Shown here: positions 40,788 through 50,365 of the stretch, piece after piece
How the letters are laid out: every line of letters starts with the position of its first letter
Position numbering within the stretch: position 1 is the first letter of the stretch
Origin: an uncultured Planctomycetaceae bacterium
GTDB taxonomy: Bacteria > Planctomycetota > Planctomycetia > Planctomycetales > Planctomycetaceae
DNA: 64,000 nt
Direction: 5' to 3'
Assembly: GCA_963815195.1 (NCBI GenBank)
Contig: CAWFGE010000013.1
Coordinates: 352,001-416,000 of the forward strand
Notes under the pieces: generated by a model
What the model was told of the DNA's origin: nothing
What the model saw: only the letters and a program-made list of their open reading frames with translations
Database searches by the model: none
Position numbers and translations under genes: made by a program

Positions 40788-42236
40788 CTATAACCAACCG
40801 AGTTTTCCCAGCACACTCATCAAGGTGTTGGCGGACATGGCGAGCAGCACCAAAAAACCGATGACGCCGAAGGTTGTCAGTAACGGTCCGTTGACGTTGT
40901 CGCCCATTACGTCCCGCTTCGAGGTCAGCCACAACAGCGAACCCGCGACCAAGGGCGACGCGACGACGGTGACCGCTTGGGCCGCGACAATCAGTTCCAC
41001 CGGTCGTTGTTCGTGCAGCACCAAAATGCAATAAAGCCCGACGCCCATTCCGGTGAGCAATACGACGATCGTAAAGATCCTGGGCCAACGATCCTCAGGG
41101 GTGCTGCCGACGCCCAAGCCGTCGGCCAGGATAAACCCGCCGATCATCGAGTTCACAAGGAACGAAGAATACGCCGCCGAGAACACGCCCAGGAAGAACA
41201 GCAAAGGCCCCACGGCCCCAAACAACGGCTCGAGCGACCGGCCGACTTCCGGCAAGCCTTGAAACTCGCGGGGCTGTGTCGGCTGCCTTTGCTTTTTGCT
41301 CAAGTTTTCATATTCACTCTTGGGATAAATCTTCGTCCAGCGGGGCGAATCGGTTTCCCAGTTGACTTCCTTCCCCGCCTGCTTCTTAACCCGTTCGAAC
41401 TCTTCAGGGTTGGAGTCGTCAATAATCAGCGTCGCCTTCTCGGCGGCGTTTTTTGGATCTTTAATGACTTCTTCGAGCTTATAGTCTTTGTGAAACACGG
41501 TGGCGGGGGTCGCCATAAGCATCAAGGTAATCACCGCCATGATCATCGCCCCCACTCGGACATCGATCATGCCGTCCTTGAGTTCCGTTTTCGACCAGCC
41601 TTTTTGCCGGACGAGATAGGATTGATAAAACGCGGCGGACGTGACAAAGGTCGTCCCCACGAGACCCAGCACGGTGAGATTCACTTTCACGCCGCCGGGA
41701 ACAAACCCCCGGAAGAACTCGCCGAACCGCGGGCCCGCGGCGATCAGGTTGACGGCGAACGCGATCAGCATGATGCCCACGAACACCATCATCAGCTTTT
41801 CCAGAGCCTGATATAAGTGCTTACTAAACAGCAGAAACCCAATGGCTAGCGCATTAAAGAGCACGATCCAATAGGGGAAGTCGATATAGGTCTTGAGGGC
41901 AAAGTGCACGCCTAAATTGTTGCCGAACTGAAACGCGGACGAAATAAAAAACACGCTGACGCCGATGAGCACCGCGAACCAGCGGCCGATGCGTTCCGCG
42001 AGCAAGGTTCCCGCGGAGCGGTCCGTCGAGACGCCCAGCCGCGCCCCCATCGACATAAAGGCCAGCATAAACACGACCGCGGCGACGATGACCCAGCTTA
42101 ACGCATAACCATTTCTCACGCCGACGTTGGAACTGGTGAGAATACTTCCGGGGCCAATCACCACGCACGCGGTAATCAGAGCGGGACCGATGCGTTGATA
42201 CCAAGGACGAGCGTTGGGGCTTGAGTTCGTTGTCAT
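40788..42236 (-). CDS. NRAMP-related membrane transporter
   Basis: IGPALITACVVIGPGS, FQFGNNLG, LVGTT, SAAYSS; lacks the DPGN metal motif. Confidence 0.78.
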   Translation of the reverse strand: MTTNSSPNARPWYQRIGPALITACVVIGPGSILTSSNVGVRNGYALSWVIVAAVVFMLAFMSMGARLGVSTDRSAGTLLAERIGRWFAVLIGVSVFFISSAFQFGNNLGVHFALKTYIDFPYWIVLFNALAIGFLLFSKHLYQALEKLMMVFVGIMLIAFAVNLIAAGPRFGEFFRGFVPGGVKVNLTVLGLVGTTFVTSAAFYQSYLVRQKGWSKTELKDGMIDVRVGAMIMAVITLMLMATPATVFHKDYKLEEVIKDPKNAAEKATLIIDDSNPEEFERVKKQAGKEVNWETDSPRWTKIYPKSEYENLSKKQRQPTQPREFQGLPEVGRSLEPLFGAVGPLLFFLGVFSAAYSSFLVNSMIGGFILADGLGVGSTPEDRWPRIFTIVVLLTGMGVGLYCILVLHEQRPVELIVAAQAVTVVASPLVAGSLLWLTSKRDVMGDNVNGPLLTTFGVIGFLVLLAMSANTLMSVLGKLGWL

Positions 42237-42284
42237 CGTTATCGGTTCTAAACGAGATCAATAGTTATAGAGCACAAAAAATGT

Positions 42285-43340
42285 TTAGGTTTTGAGCGAG
42301 GGCAATAAGCCGCAGTGGATCAGTGTGGGGCGAATGGGTTCCGGCGTAAAGTGATTCGCGGCGAGCCATTGGCGGTATTCTTGGGCGCTATAAGCCCGGC
42401 CTTCGGTTAAGCTGAAAAGTGCCGCGGAGTAGAGGGCGATTGGCAACGGGCCGTCGAGGTTGTCGTTCAAGAACACATCGTGGATCAAAAGCCTCCCGCC
42501 CGGCGCTAAAGCCTCCGCACAGCGGGCGATGAGTTCCCGGCACTCCGGCACGTCCCAATCGTGGAGCACGTTCGAGAGCAAAACCTGGTCGGCTTTCGGC
42601 AACGGATCGGCGAACATGTCGGCGGGATAGCATTCCAGCCGATCCGCGACGCCATAATCTCTCGCGAAGTCTTCTGCAATCTTGAGGACTTCCGGTCGGT
42701 CTAGCACGATGGCTTTGAGCCGGGTGTGTCTCTTCAAGCAGGCGATGCTATAAATGCCCGTGCCACCCCCGACGTCGAGTAAAACGCCTTCGGTCATCGG
42801 CAGCTGTTCTGCCAGATAGGGGGCGACGTTCTTGGCCCGTCCCGCGAGAGCCAAGGTCAAATGCCGGGCCGATTCGCTGTCTTCCATCGCCGACCGCATG
42901 CCGTCGCGATAAATGAAGGCGACGCCGGTTTCTTCCTGGTCGGCATTGGCCGGGCGATTGGACTTTAAGCGGGCGACCATTTCCAAAACGCCGGGGCTTT
43001 CCGCGGCAAGGCCGATGTAATCGCGGACATTATAGTAGCCGGCGGGCGAAAGGTGCTCGGCCGCGATTTGGGTAAGCGACAATGTCCCCTCGACATCTTG
43101 AACCAGGCCGACGGCTTTGAGGGCGGTGGTCAAAACGATGGCGGGGCGTTCTTCGAGTTTGAGAGCCTCGCGCAACTCGGCAAATGAGTGAGGCCGGTCG
43201 GAAAGCAGCCGAAATACGGGAAAATGAGCGACGGCCGCGGTCAAAAGTTCCGAACCGTAGCTGCCCCGAAACAGTTCAAAGATCGGGGACGGGTCCGTTT
43301 CCGGAAATTGGGCGGCGTCTGGTGCTTGCGGGGATGTCAT
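42285..43340 (-). CDS. SAM-dependent O-methyltransferase (Methyltransf_2 with dimerisation domain)
   Basis: LLDVGGGTG, ADMF, SNVLHDW, LAPGGRLLIHD; start at 43340 or 43382. Confidence 0.88.
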   Translation of the reverse strand: MTSPQAPDAAQFPETDPSPIFELFRGSYGSELLTAAVAHFPVFRLLSDRPHSFAELREALKLEERPAIVLTTALKAVGLVQDVEGTLSLTQIAAEHLSPAGYYNVRDYIGLAAESPGVLEMVARLKSNRPANADQEETGVAFIYRDGMRSAMEDSESARHLTLALAGRAKNVAPYLAEQLPMTEGVLLDVGGGTGIYSIACLKRHTRLKAIVLDRPEVLKIAEDFARDYGVADRLECYPADMFADPLPKADQVLLSNVLHDWDVPECRELIARCAEALAPGGRLLIHDVFLNDNLDGPLPIALYSAALFSLTEGRAYSAQEYRQWLAANHFTPEPIRPTLIHCGLLPSLKT

Positions 43341-43567
43341 GAGGCCGATCTTCGGAGGGGGGGACTTCGGAGAGGCCAGCATAACACATCACCCCGAAAA
43401 AACCGACTCACTCCGAGCGGAGAGCCAGAAACCGCCAGGATCGCAAAACCCAGATCGAAGACCGCTACGTTCGCGGAGAGGTTCTGATTTTATTGCCACG
43501 ATGGTTGTTGGCGCGACGATCAAGTTTTCGCGCTACCATCGCGGAGCGATGGGCGACTTTCTTGGCG

Positions 43568-44278
43568 TTACGAGACTTGGGCGGCGGTGGTGGTGTCTTC
43601 GACGATTTTTCCGTCGCGGAGGCGGATCAAGCGGTTGGCTCGGCGGCCGATGTCTTCGCTGTGCGTGACGGTGATCAGCGTCATGCCCCGCTCCTGGTGC
43701 AGCCGATCGAACAGGGCCAGGATTTCCTGTTCCGTTTGCGAATCCAAGTTGCCGGTGGGTTCGTCGGCCATCAATAGGGCGGGATCGTTGGCGAGCGAGC
43801 GGGCAATCGCCACCCGCTGGCGCTCGCCCACGGACAGTTGCGAGGAGAGATGCTTCGCGCGGTGGCTCATGCCGACGGCGTCCAAAAGCTCGGCGGCCCG
43901 ATCGATTCGTTCTTGAGAAGACAAATTCCCCTCGAACATCGGGATCTGCACGTTTTCCGAAGCCGAGAGCGTGGGCAAGAGATAAAACGATTGGAACACG
44001 AACCCGATCCGCCGCGAGCGGAGCGCATCGAGGTCGCGCATCGTCGAGAGCGGTTCGCCCTCGAAATAGATCTCGCCGGAGGTGGGGCGGTCCAAGGCCC
44101 CCAGGAGGTTCAACAGCGTCGATTTGCCGGTGCCGCTCGGCCCCATGATGGCGACGTATTCGCCGTGCCGGATCGTCAGATTCATATCGACGATCGCGGT
44201 GACTTTGCCGTCGGGATAGACTTTGCCCAGATGCTCGGTGCGGATGAGGACGTTGTTTTCCGGGGGAGGGTTATTCAT
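43568..44278 (-). CDS. ABC exporter ATP-binding protein
   Basis: [26 protein letters not shown]; overlaps the permease stop. Confidence 0.92.
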   Translation of the reverse strand: MNNPPPENNVLIRTEHLGKVYPDGKVTAIVDMNLTIRHGEYVAIMGPSGTGKSTLLNLLGALDRPTSGEIYFEGEPLSTMRDLDALRSRRIGFVFQSFYLLPTLSASENVQIPMFEGNLSSQERIDRAAELLDAVGMSHRAKHLSSQLSVGERQRVAIARSLANDPALLMADEPTGNLDSQTEQEILALFDRLHQERGMTLITVTHSEDIGRRANRLIRLRDGKIVEDTTTAAQVS

Positions 44279-45433
44279 GGCGGAGTCCCTCCGAGGGCAG
44301 AAGTTGGGCGGCACGCCAGGCCGGGTAAGCTCCGCCCAGGAAGCCGACGACGAGGGCCAGAAGCACGCCTTTGAGGAGCACCACATCGGCGATCGAGCCT
44401 TCGATGAAACCCGCCACGGTGGGGACCTTGGTCAGCCAATGCACGAGCAGGATCGCGGCGACGATTCCCAAGACGGCTCCGACCAGGCTGAGGACCAAGG
44501 CTTCGCCCAGGATCATGCGGACCACGCGGGACTTCTTCCAGCCGATGGCCCGCAGGATGCTGATTTCCCGCACGCGTTCGACCACGGACATAATCATCGT
44601 GTTCAAGACGCCGATGGACCCGACGATGATCGCGATGGCCGAGGTGATCCACGCCATCGCATGGGCGACCTGGATTTGGAGGGAGTTTTTCACAAAATCT
44701 TTGGCGGCCAGCGCGGACAGCGAGACGAGGCGTCCGCCCAGTTTGCTTTTTAGCTTCAGCTTGTTGAGTTCGTCGGCGACCTTTTGAACGCCGGCTTCGT
44801 TTTTGTACCCATCTTCAAGCACAATGGCGAACCCGCTGACTTGGCCCTGCGCGAAGTTGAGGTCTTGGAGTTCGCTGAGCGGCAGGACGACGTTGTTGTT
44901 TTCGTAATGCACGAAGCTCTCGAAAATCCCCACAATTTTGAATTTCACGCCCTCGATCTCCATTGTGTCGCCCACGGTTTTCTGGATGCCCTGGGCGAGC
45001 TGCGTGCCCAAGAGGATCACATGATCTTCCCCGGGCTTGTAGCGCCGGCCTTTGAGGATTTTCAATTTGTCGAACAAGACGCTATTGGGTTCCCAACCCA
45101 ACAGCAGCAGAGCATTGATGCTCATTGTGCCCTCGCTCCAAGAGATGGCTTCCACCAACGAGGGCGACACCTTTTTCACGCCGGGAACTTTGGCGATTTG
45201 GGTTTTGAAGGATTCATCAAGGCGGCTACTGGAGGGATCGGGGTTGTTGGCTTCGGAAACGATGATGTCGAAGTCGGCGCGGTCATGGAGCGGAGCCAGG
45301 TCCGCTCGAAGCTGTCCGAGACGCCAAGAAGCGCGACGGTCGTTCCGACCGCGACGGCAAAACCGATGCACGTCAGCGCGGAGCGGACCCTCCGCCGGAA
45401 CAGATTCTTGAGAAGTAATGTCGAAAACCACAT
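44271..45433 (-). CDS. MacB/FtsX-type ABC permease (one indel at about 45284)
   Basis: KNLFRRRVRSALT N-terminus in one frame; NTMIMSVVERVREISILRAIGW and YPAWRAAQLLPSEGLRHE in the other. Confidence 0.85.
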
Positions 45434-45553
45434 GGTGTAGAAATTCCAATGACCAACGCCGGAGACTCGTCGGACCTTAGCCAGAAAAGAGCAAAGCGAG
45501 AAGGCGGAAGCCTCCGATCTTCGCCCGTGAATCAGGCACTGAGCCATTAAAGC

Positions 45554-46423
45554 TTAACGATCGACCTTGATTCTTTCCGGCTCTTGACCCCTGGCCATTC
45601 GCATTAAGTGCAGCTTTACGAGGCGGGCGAACTCGGCGGAGTTTTGCAGCGGCGCCACGTGCCGGGCCCCGGCCACCGTGTCGATTTTACAATTCGGCAG
45701 ATGGCTTTCCAAGTACCGGCAGGTGGCAGCGAAGGTGGTGTCCTCATCGTAAAGGCCCACCACGGGGACCGCGACGGAGCGAATTTTCTCCGCGGTGAGC
45801 CCGGCCGGTTCAAACACATCGACCCCGGCGGTGGTGCCGGCCAGTTTCGCCAGCTGCGAGAGCCAGCGCGTGGCGGACGCCCCCATCACGCCGCGGATGG
45901 CTTCGGTTTGTTCAGAGGTCAACCCCGCGACGATGTCGAACAGGCTCCCGAAATCGACCTGCTCGCCGATCTCCACATCGGCTTTCAAAAGATCCTGCCG
46001 CAGCTCTTTCCAGATCGCGGTGTCGGCGATGTTGGGTTCGATGTCTTTGAGGCCCGGAAAATAGGTGTCGGAAGCGATCACTCCGGCGGCCAGTTCGGGA
46101 TATTCCGCCGCCGCGTGCATTGCGACCACGCCGCCGAAGCTATGCCCCACCAAATACGCGGGCCCGAGATCCAAAGCGGCATGCAGTTGATGGAGGTCTT
46201 CGGTCATCTCGGCCGAGGTGTAGCCGGTTTGGGGAATCTCGCTGACGCCGTGGCCCCGGAGGTCGTAGCTCGTCACGCGGAAATCGCCCGCCAGATGCTC
46301 CACCAAACCGGTGAGCATCCAGATGGCCATGTTGCTGGTGAAGGCGTGGATCAACACCACATCCGGGCCTTGGCCGGACTGTTGATAGTGGAGATTGATC
46401 CCATTCACGTTGATATGCGGCAT
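45554..46423 (-). CDS. Alpha/beta hydrolase (possible thioesterase/release enzyme)
   Basis: YDLRGHG, GHSFGG nucleophile elbow, C-terminal His (ARH). Confidence 0.85.
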   Translation of the reverse strand: MPHINVNGINLHYQQSGQGPDVVLIHAFTSNMAIWMLTGLVEHLAGDFRVTSYDLRGHGVSEIPQTGYTSAEMTEDLHQLHAALDLGPAYLVGHSFGGVVAMHAAAEYPELAAGVIASDTYFPGLKDIEPNIADTAIWKELRQDLLKADVEIGEQVDFGSLFDIVAGLTSEQTEAIRGVMGASATRWLSQLAKLAGTTAGVDVFEPAGLTAEKIRSVAVPVVGLYDEDTTFAATCRYLESHLPNCKIDTVAGARHVAPLQNSAEFARLVKLHLMRMARGQEPERIKVDR

Positions 46424-46443
46424 AAGATTTTGTCCGTGTTATC

Positions 46444-46524
46444 GGCGAGCGTGGGGCGTCAGCCCCATGATGCTTACGTTCTTTGAAGTTATCACGATCA
46501 TGGGGCTGACGCCCCACGCTCGCC
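46444..46524. repeat. REP family A' doublet, perfect 28-bp inverted repeat
   Basis: GGCGAGCGTGGGGCGTCAGCCCCATGAT (46444-46471) pairs with 46497-46524. Confidence 0.88.
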
Positions 46525-46794
46525 TAAATGCTCGTGCACGAAGCGGGCGAGTTCTCCGATTTCCAGATCCGTCGCACCGCGGTTGCCGAGGTCCGTCAGT
46601 AATTCGTTGAAACGGAGCTTTTGACCGAAGTGCTGTTCGAGTTGTTCCCCTAAGACCACGGCGTCGATCGAAGCGCAGCCCAGATCATCGAAGAATCGGG
46701 TGGAGGGCCCGATCTCGCCCGAATATTCCCGGCCCTCAAAACTTCTCAAGAGGCCGGCGATTTCTCGGAAGACATCGTCGTAGCTGCGGGACAT
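46498..46794 (-). CDS. Stand-alone acyl carrier protein
   Basis: FFDDLGCASIDAVVL (phosphopantetheine Ser), acidic, 98 aa. Confidence 0.8.
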   Translation of the reverse strand: MSRSYDDVFREIAGLLRSFEGREYSGEIGPSTRFFDDLGCASIDAVVLGEQLEQHFGQKLRFNELLTDLGNRGATDLEIGELARFVHEHLGERGASAP

Positions 46795-49700
46795 AGGTTC
46801 GGGCTTTCCAACAGAATCGTGGCAATCACAAAATCATCCTTGCGAATGGTCCGCACGTCCAGCGGGCCTCCCATTTCCATCGGCAATCGTTCGGCGAGAC
46901 GTTGGGAAATCTCGACCGTCACCCCGCCGCCGGCCGGGTCGAACGACGTCACCTCCAGGCTGGAGGGCCCCTCCACCAGTCCTTGGCCCAGGGCTTTGGA
47001 AACGGCTTCCTTGGCGCACCAGAAGCGGGTGACGACTTCATCGCGGTCCATCGCCGCGGCGGAAATCAGTTCTTGTTCGCTTTTATTGAACGCGGCTTTG
47101 ACGAAACTTTCCTCGCGCACCGTGATCCGCTCCAAATCGATGCCGGGGCTTCGATCGAACGCCGCGAGCGCCGCGACGATTCCGTCGGTGTGAGCAATCG
47201 ACACCTGGGGGTAATCGTCGGGCCGTTCCCGGCCGAGGGGCGACGCCACCGGTTTGCCGTGTTCGTCGGGAGCGATCGCAATATCCGCCGGCACCATCGC
47301 ATCGCCGGTCCGCTTCCGCCACAGGATGCGAATGGCATCCTTGGCGGCCAGCCGGCCGAACACCCACTGGGATTTTCGCTGGGCCGGCAATTCGAGTCTG
47401 CGGAAGGTTTTTACTTCGTCTTCCGTCAACGCCACGCGGGCCGAGGCGAGCATCATGCCCGGGGTTTGCAGATCCTGGGGCGGCATCATGCCCACGCACC
47501 AGGCCGACGGTTCGTTTGAATCGAAATCCTCGCCGATCGCCTCGGGCCAGTTCTCGCTGATGAAATAGTTTTCTTTCGGGCCGTGGAAGTTGTATTCGCC
47601 GAACGGCAGGTAAAACCGCCAGTATTTGAGCTTCTCCATCGTGCACCAGATGCGATTTTGCGGCCCTACGACTTCCACCGAATGCGTGAACCGGCGGGAA
47701 GACTCGTGCAGCATGCGCCCGCGGGAGGTCATCTCGGTATCGACCGCCGGGCGGGGGCCGTAGAACCTGATGTCGCCGAGTTCGTAAGGCAACAAAATTC
47801 GCCCGGATTGATCGGGCTGCTCCAGATGCCAGCCGGCCAAGGGGTGCATCGCGACGTCCATCAGCACCGGGTCCAAGACGAACTGCGGATCGGGATCGGA
47901 GCGGAACAGTCCGTCCCGCGGCAGCACGCGAATCTGGCTTTGGATGCCTTCTTCGCCGTACCGGTCGAGCGACACCACGCCCTGGAAAAACTCGCCGTGA
48001 AACAAGTTTTTGTAAAGCACATCCAACGGAATTCGGCAGGGGTGTTCTCCGGTGAGCGGGAAATCCTCCACCGGCGGCGGGGCCGGGTAACGGTCGGCCA
48101 TCTCCACCGTCGCGACGGCGGCGAGATCGCCTTTGTGATCGGGGCGGTCCGGCTCGAAGCCCAGATCGAAAATCCGTATTTCCAAAGTCGCAGACTCTTC
48201 GTCGCATTGCCTGACCCGCGCGGTGAGCTCGACGGTACGCGGTTGGTCTTCATCGAACTCCAACCACTTCGCGAGCTGCACGTTGCAGATGGCCGTGACC
48301 ACCATTCCGGGCACCGCCAAGGTCGCGGCCTCGGCCATCATCTCCAGACTGAATGTCATCGGCACCACGGGCTGGCCGTTGCGTTCGGGGTGGACGTAAC
48401 TGATGTCCCGCCCGCCGACGGTGTGATGGTCGCCGTAGATGTCTTCCTCCACATCTAACCGCCTCCGCACCACCAACTCCTGTCCGGGGATCGAGCGAAC
48501 GATCTGGCCGATCAAAGGCAATCGATGCTGCGGCGGAGTTGCCTCGGCGGCCGGCTCGGGCGAAGGCATTTCCTGCGGGTGGGGATGAGAATATGCAGCA
48601 AGCGCCGGCCTCGACGGTCTCCAGGAAACGCCGCTCCGCCGCAGATGCAAAAACTGCTGCATCACGTCTTCTTGCAAGTCGAGGAACTCGCCCATTACGT
48701 TCCAATACTCGTTCACCACGCCGGCTCTGCCGCCCGCGGAATGGGTACGCGGGGCGATCGGCCAGGCTTTTTCGTTTGCCGTCGTTTGCGGCACCGGTTC
48801 TGGTTCTTGGGGCTCGCTGTGTTGTGAAGCTCGGTCCGGATAGAGGGATTCAATCCGCATGGGCACGTGATGGGCGAACAACTGCCCCAAAACGTGATGG
48901 AGTTGCGTGATGCCCGAATGCCGTTGCACGTCGGCGGAGATGGCCAGGAACTCCCGGCCGCGGAGGATGTCGGAGACGAACGAAGCCAGGTTTCCCCGCG
49001 GGCCGAGTTCCAAAAAAATCCGCACGCCGTCGTCGTGCATGTTGCGGATCATCTGGGAGAACTCGACCGGTAGAATCCAATGCGACATCGCCAGATTGTG
49101 GATGGCTTCCGGTTCGCGCGGGAAGGGTTTTCCGGTCGTGCAGGAATACAGCTTCGTTGCCGGGGCGTGAAATTGCATGTCGTCGAACATGCGCGCAACG
49201 GCCCCAGTTGCGGCTCGAACAGCGGCGTGTGATACGGGCGGCTGAAGGGCAGTCGCTCGTGCATGATCTTCCGCTCGCGGAGCGTCTCCGCCACGGACTG
49301 CATCGCGTCCGGCGGGCCGACGACCACGGTCTGATGCGGGCAGTTGTCCATCGCGAGGAACAACGGCGAAGCATCGGCCGGGTAGCCGAACTCCGCGGTC
49401 ACCTCGGCCAGAAGTTCGAGCATCGTTTCCCGCGAAGCCCCCACGGCCAGGAGCACGCTTCCCGTGCCCGCGGCTTGCTCATCGGCTTCGAGAAAGTCCA
49501 TCGTCCGCTGCACCTGCGGCACATCCAGCCCGTCGACCAAGCATTCCGACATCCACAGCGCCGCCAGTTCCCCCGCACTGTGCCCGGCTAAGGCGTCGGG
49601 CTTGATGCCCAGCGAACGGAACAATTCCCACAGCGCCCAATCGACCATGAGCACGCTGAACATCGTGTCGCCCAAGCCGCGAAGCTCTTTGTTCAATGCG

Positions 49701-50209
49701 TCCCGCTCCGCGTCGTTTTCGGGAACCGCAAGGAATCGGCTCAAGGGAGCGTTGCCCTGCTCGCGGCTCATCTGATCGCACTCGACGATAATCTTCGCCA
49801 CGGCGGGAAACCGGTCTGGCAAATCGCCGATCATCCCCAAATACGGCGCCCCTTCGCCGGGAAACAGCACCGCCAACTGGCCGGCGATTCCGAGGGGACT
49901 CTCGAAAAAGTAAATCCCCTTGACGTCCCGAATTTGCCGGCAATCGGCATCGGCGAGACGATCCCCCGCCCGCTGGAGTGTTTCCGATAGATCCGAAACC
50001 GACTTCGCCACGATCGCCAACCGCACGGCCTCTGGCGTTTGGGTATTGAGCGAAACCGCCCAATCCGCCAGGTTGGCTGCGGGCTGTTGTTCGCAGAACG
50101 ATTGCAGTTCCCGCACCCGCTGAATCAACCCGGAACGATCCGCGGCGGAAAGCAGGATCAGCTCCGTCTCCGAGTTCAAATGGTTGGATGATGTACTTGA
50201 AAACGCCAT
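46746..50209 (-). CDS. KS-less PKS subunit: linker-AT-DH-4'-phosphopantetheinyl transferase (one indel at about 49191)
   Basis: FPGEGAPY, GHSAG, RPYHTP (AT); DHHTVGG...PVVPMT and DPVLMD (DH); GRLAAKDA, GIDLE, FWCAKEAVSKALG (Sfp-type PPTase). Confidence 0.82.
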
Positions 50210-50237
50210 ATGACCGATTCGATTGAATGTTTCAAAG

Positions 50238-50355
50238 GAGCCTCGCACGAAGTAAGCCGTTGGAGTTCGCTCGATTTCGTGACCGCTTACTTCGTGCGCG
50301 GCTCTGTTTTTTGTAGTGACCGCTTACTTCGTGCGCGGCTCTGTTTTTTGTAGTG
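50238..50355. repeat. REP family B: inverted copy plus two 37-bp tandem units
   Basis: GACCGCTTACTTCGTGCGCGGCTCTGTTTTTTGTAGT at 50281 and 50318. Confidence 0.85.
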
Positions 50356-50365
50356 ATTCGATTTT

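Noticed and set aside
50281..50355. Second possible CRISPR-like repeat
   Set aside because: Two identical 37-bp units of the same REP family with no unique spacer
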